From: Azolla caroliniana
Lineage: Eukaryota; Plantae; Polypodiophyta
Direction of reading: 5' to 3'
Assembly (NCBI GenBank): GCA_043228905.1
Contig: JBHGNT010000008.1
Location: 9,486,001 to 9,550,000 of the forward strand
Length of the DNA stretch: 64,000 bases
The notes below the pieces were generated by a model. It was given only the letters and a program-made list of their open reading frames with translations. It did not search any database and had not been told where the DNA came from. Shown here in pieces: positions 62,461 to 64,000 of this stretch. The stretch's first letter is position 1; each line of letters starts with the position of its first letter. The position numbers and the translations under genes were made by a program.

Positions 62461-64000
62461 AGCCCATCGTGCCTTATGACCTTTCAGGTCTTGTTGGTCA
62501 CAAAAATATTTCAAGGACTTGTGGTCCGTAGTTACCACAAAGCGATTTCCATAAAGATAATGGACGCCATGTTTTGAGCGCATGTATAACTGCAAATAAT
62601 TCCTTTTCTTGAACGGTATAACGACATTGAGTAGAATCGAGTTTCTTACTCTCGAATACTATTGGTTTACCATTTTGATACAAGACAACACCTATAGCAT
62701 AATCGCTTGCATCGGTTTCAACCTCAAAAGGTTTTGAAGGATCAGGTAAAAGAAGTGAAGGAGCATTGCAAACCAGGTCCTTGAGTTCCTTAAAGGCGAG
62801 GTCTAGTGTAGCATTCCACACAATAGGTTTTGTAGACTTACGCATTTGACCTTTTAAAAGATCAGTAAACGGCGTCGTCAATTGGGAGTAATTACGAAGA
62901 GACTTTCGCAAAAACCCGACAAAACCAAGGAATGATCAAACTTCTCGAATATTCCGAAGAGTGGGCCAAAGCTTGATTTTCTCAATGCGAGAAGGATCAA
63001 TTTCAACTCCTCGTTTGGTTATGAGATGTCCTAGATAAGTAATTGATTTCTTGAAGAACTCACATTTTGAGATCTTCGCATAAAACTGTTTGTCACGCAA
63101 TGTTTGTAAAACGAAGCGGACATGTCTAGCATGTTCTTTTAATGTACGGCTATAAACTAAAATATCATCCAAGAAAATAACGACAAATTTTCCAAGTTGT
63201 TCTCGGAAAATGTCATTCATTTCTTGTTGAAAAGTAGCCGGAGCATTGGTCAAACCAAAAGGCATAACCAAAAACTCGTAATGGCCATAGCGCGTATGAA
63301 ATGCCGTTTTAGGAACATCGTCCTCACTTATTCGTATTTGATGGTAGCCAATACGGAGATCAAGTTTCGTAAAATACTGAGCTCCCTGGAGACGTTCAAT
63401 TAGATCGTCAACCCGGGGCAATGGGTACGAATTCTTGATCGTCACTTTATTCAAGCGTCGGTAATTAATACACATACGCCATGTGCCCTCTTTCTTTTTT
63501 ACCAAGAGAATTGGTGCACCCCAGGGAGATTTACTATAACGTATATAACCCATTTGTAAATAGTCCTTGAGTTGCTTAGATACCTCATCTTCTTCAGATC
63601 GACTTAAGCGATACGGAGGTATACTTATTGGTGCAACACCAGGTACAATATCTATACGATGGTCTATATTACGTGTAGGAGGTAACCCATTAGGTAGTTC
63701 ACTTGGAAAAACATCATGAAAATCATTTAAGATTTCATCAAGTTGTTGTTCAAAATATGTTAATTGAACTGGGACATTATCGATATTGTAAACGTGAATG
63801 TCCAGATCAAGTACAAAATAAAATAACGTAGAACAAGACAACTCGGATTTTGATGAACACAAGGAAACAATCGAGAGGGATTGTTTTTTGATACATTGAA
63901 TAAAATGCGTCAAATCGTTTAGTACAAAAGAAATGGAATGGCGAACCCAATCAATAAATAAAGAAGAGTTTTTATTATAAAACCAGGGATAACCTAGTAT

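Larger units (their letters stand above)
54986..64000 (-). mobile_element. Ty3/Gypsy chromovirus D (RT, RH, IN, chromodomain, 3' LTR), interrupted by Copia C and running off the window
   Basis: RT 62936..63913 ([27 protein letters not shown]); RH ETDASD; integrase and chromodomain PERILDVK...IKWMDKSIKDATWE (55471..56241); PPT AAAGAAGGGGAG. The 3' LTR begins at 55484 and is split by element E, with the remainder probably at ~49753-49802. Confidence 0.88.

Overview
The window is a gene-free, deeply nested transposon cluster, most likely from a seed-free land plant such as a fern. This is inferred from the PLS-type PPR fragments, plant tRNA primer sites and a Tcn1-like chromovirus. No intact host gene is present. 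It contains: (i) at least six pieces of a tRNA-Trp-primed Ty3/Gypsy family whose LTRs end TGTCG...CGACA and whose scorable insertions have 4-bp CG-centred target site duplications (TSDs); (ii) a full-length Tcn1-like chromovirus (7211-15721) with an apparent self-priming site and a LINE in its 3' LTR; (iii) a full-length 10.1-kb non-chromovirus Gypsy element (34672-44763) with a long extra 3' ORF; (iv) a full-length Ty1/Copia element (57082-62460), three related solo LTRs and two halves of a second Copia family; (v) a second chromovirus, a second LINE fragment, a decayed Sola/DUF7869-like DNA transposase with a possible spliced partner gene, and a MAPK+PPR fragment chimera. The most unusual signal is in the 34672-44763 element. 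It has no polypurine tract (PPT). A tRNA-Arg 3'-end copy ending in CCA sits there instead, so both ends of the internal region carry an inward-facing primer-binding site (PBS). All coordinates, alignments and lineage names were read by eye and need computational confirmation.
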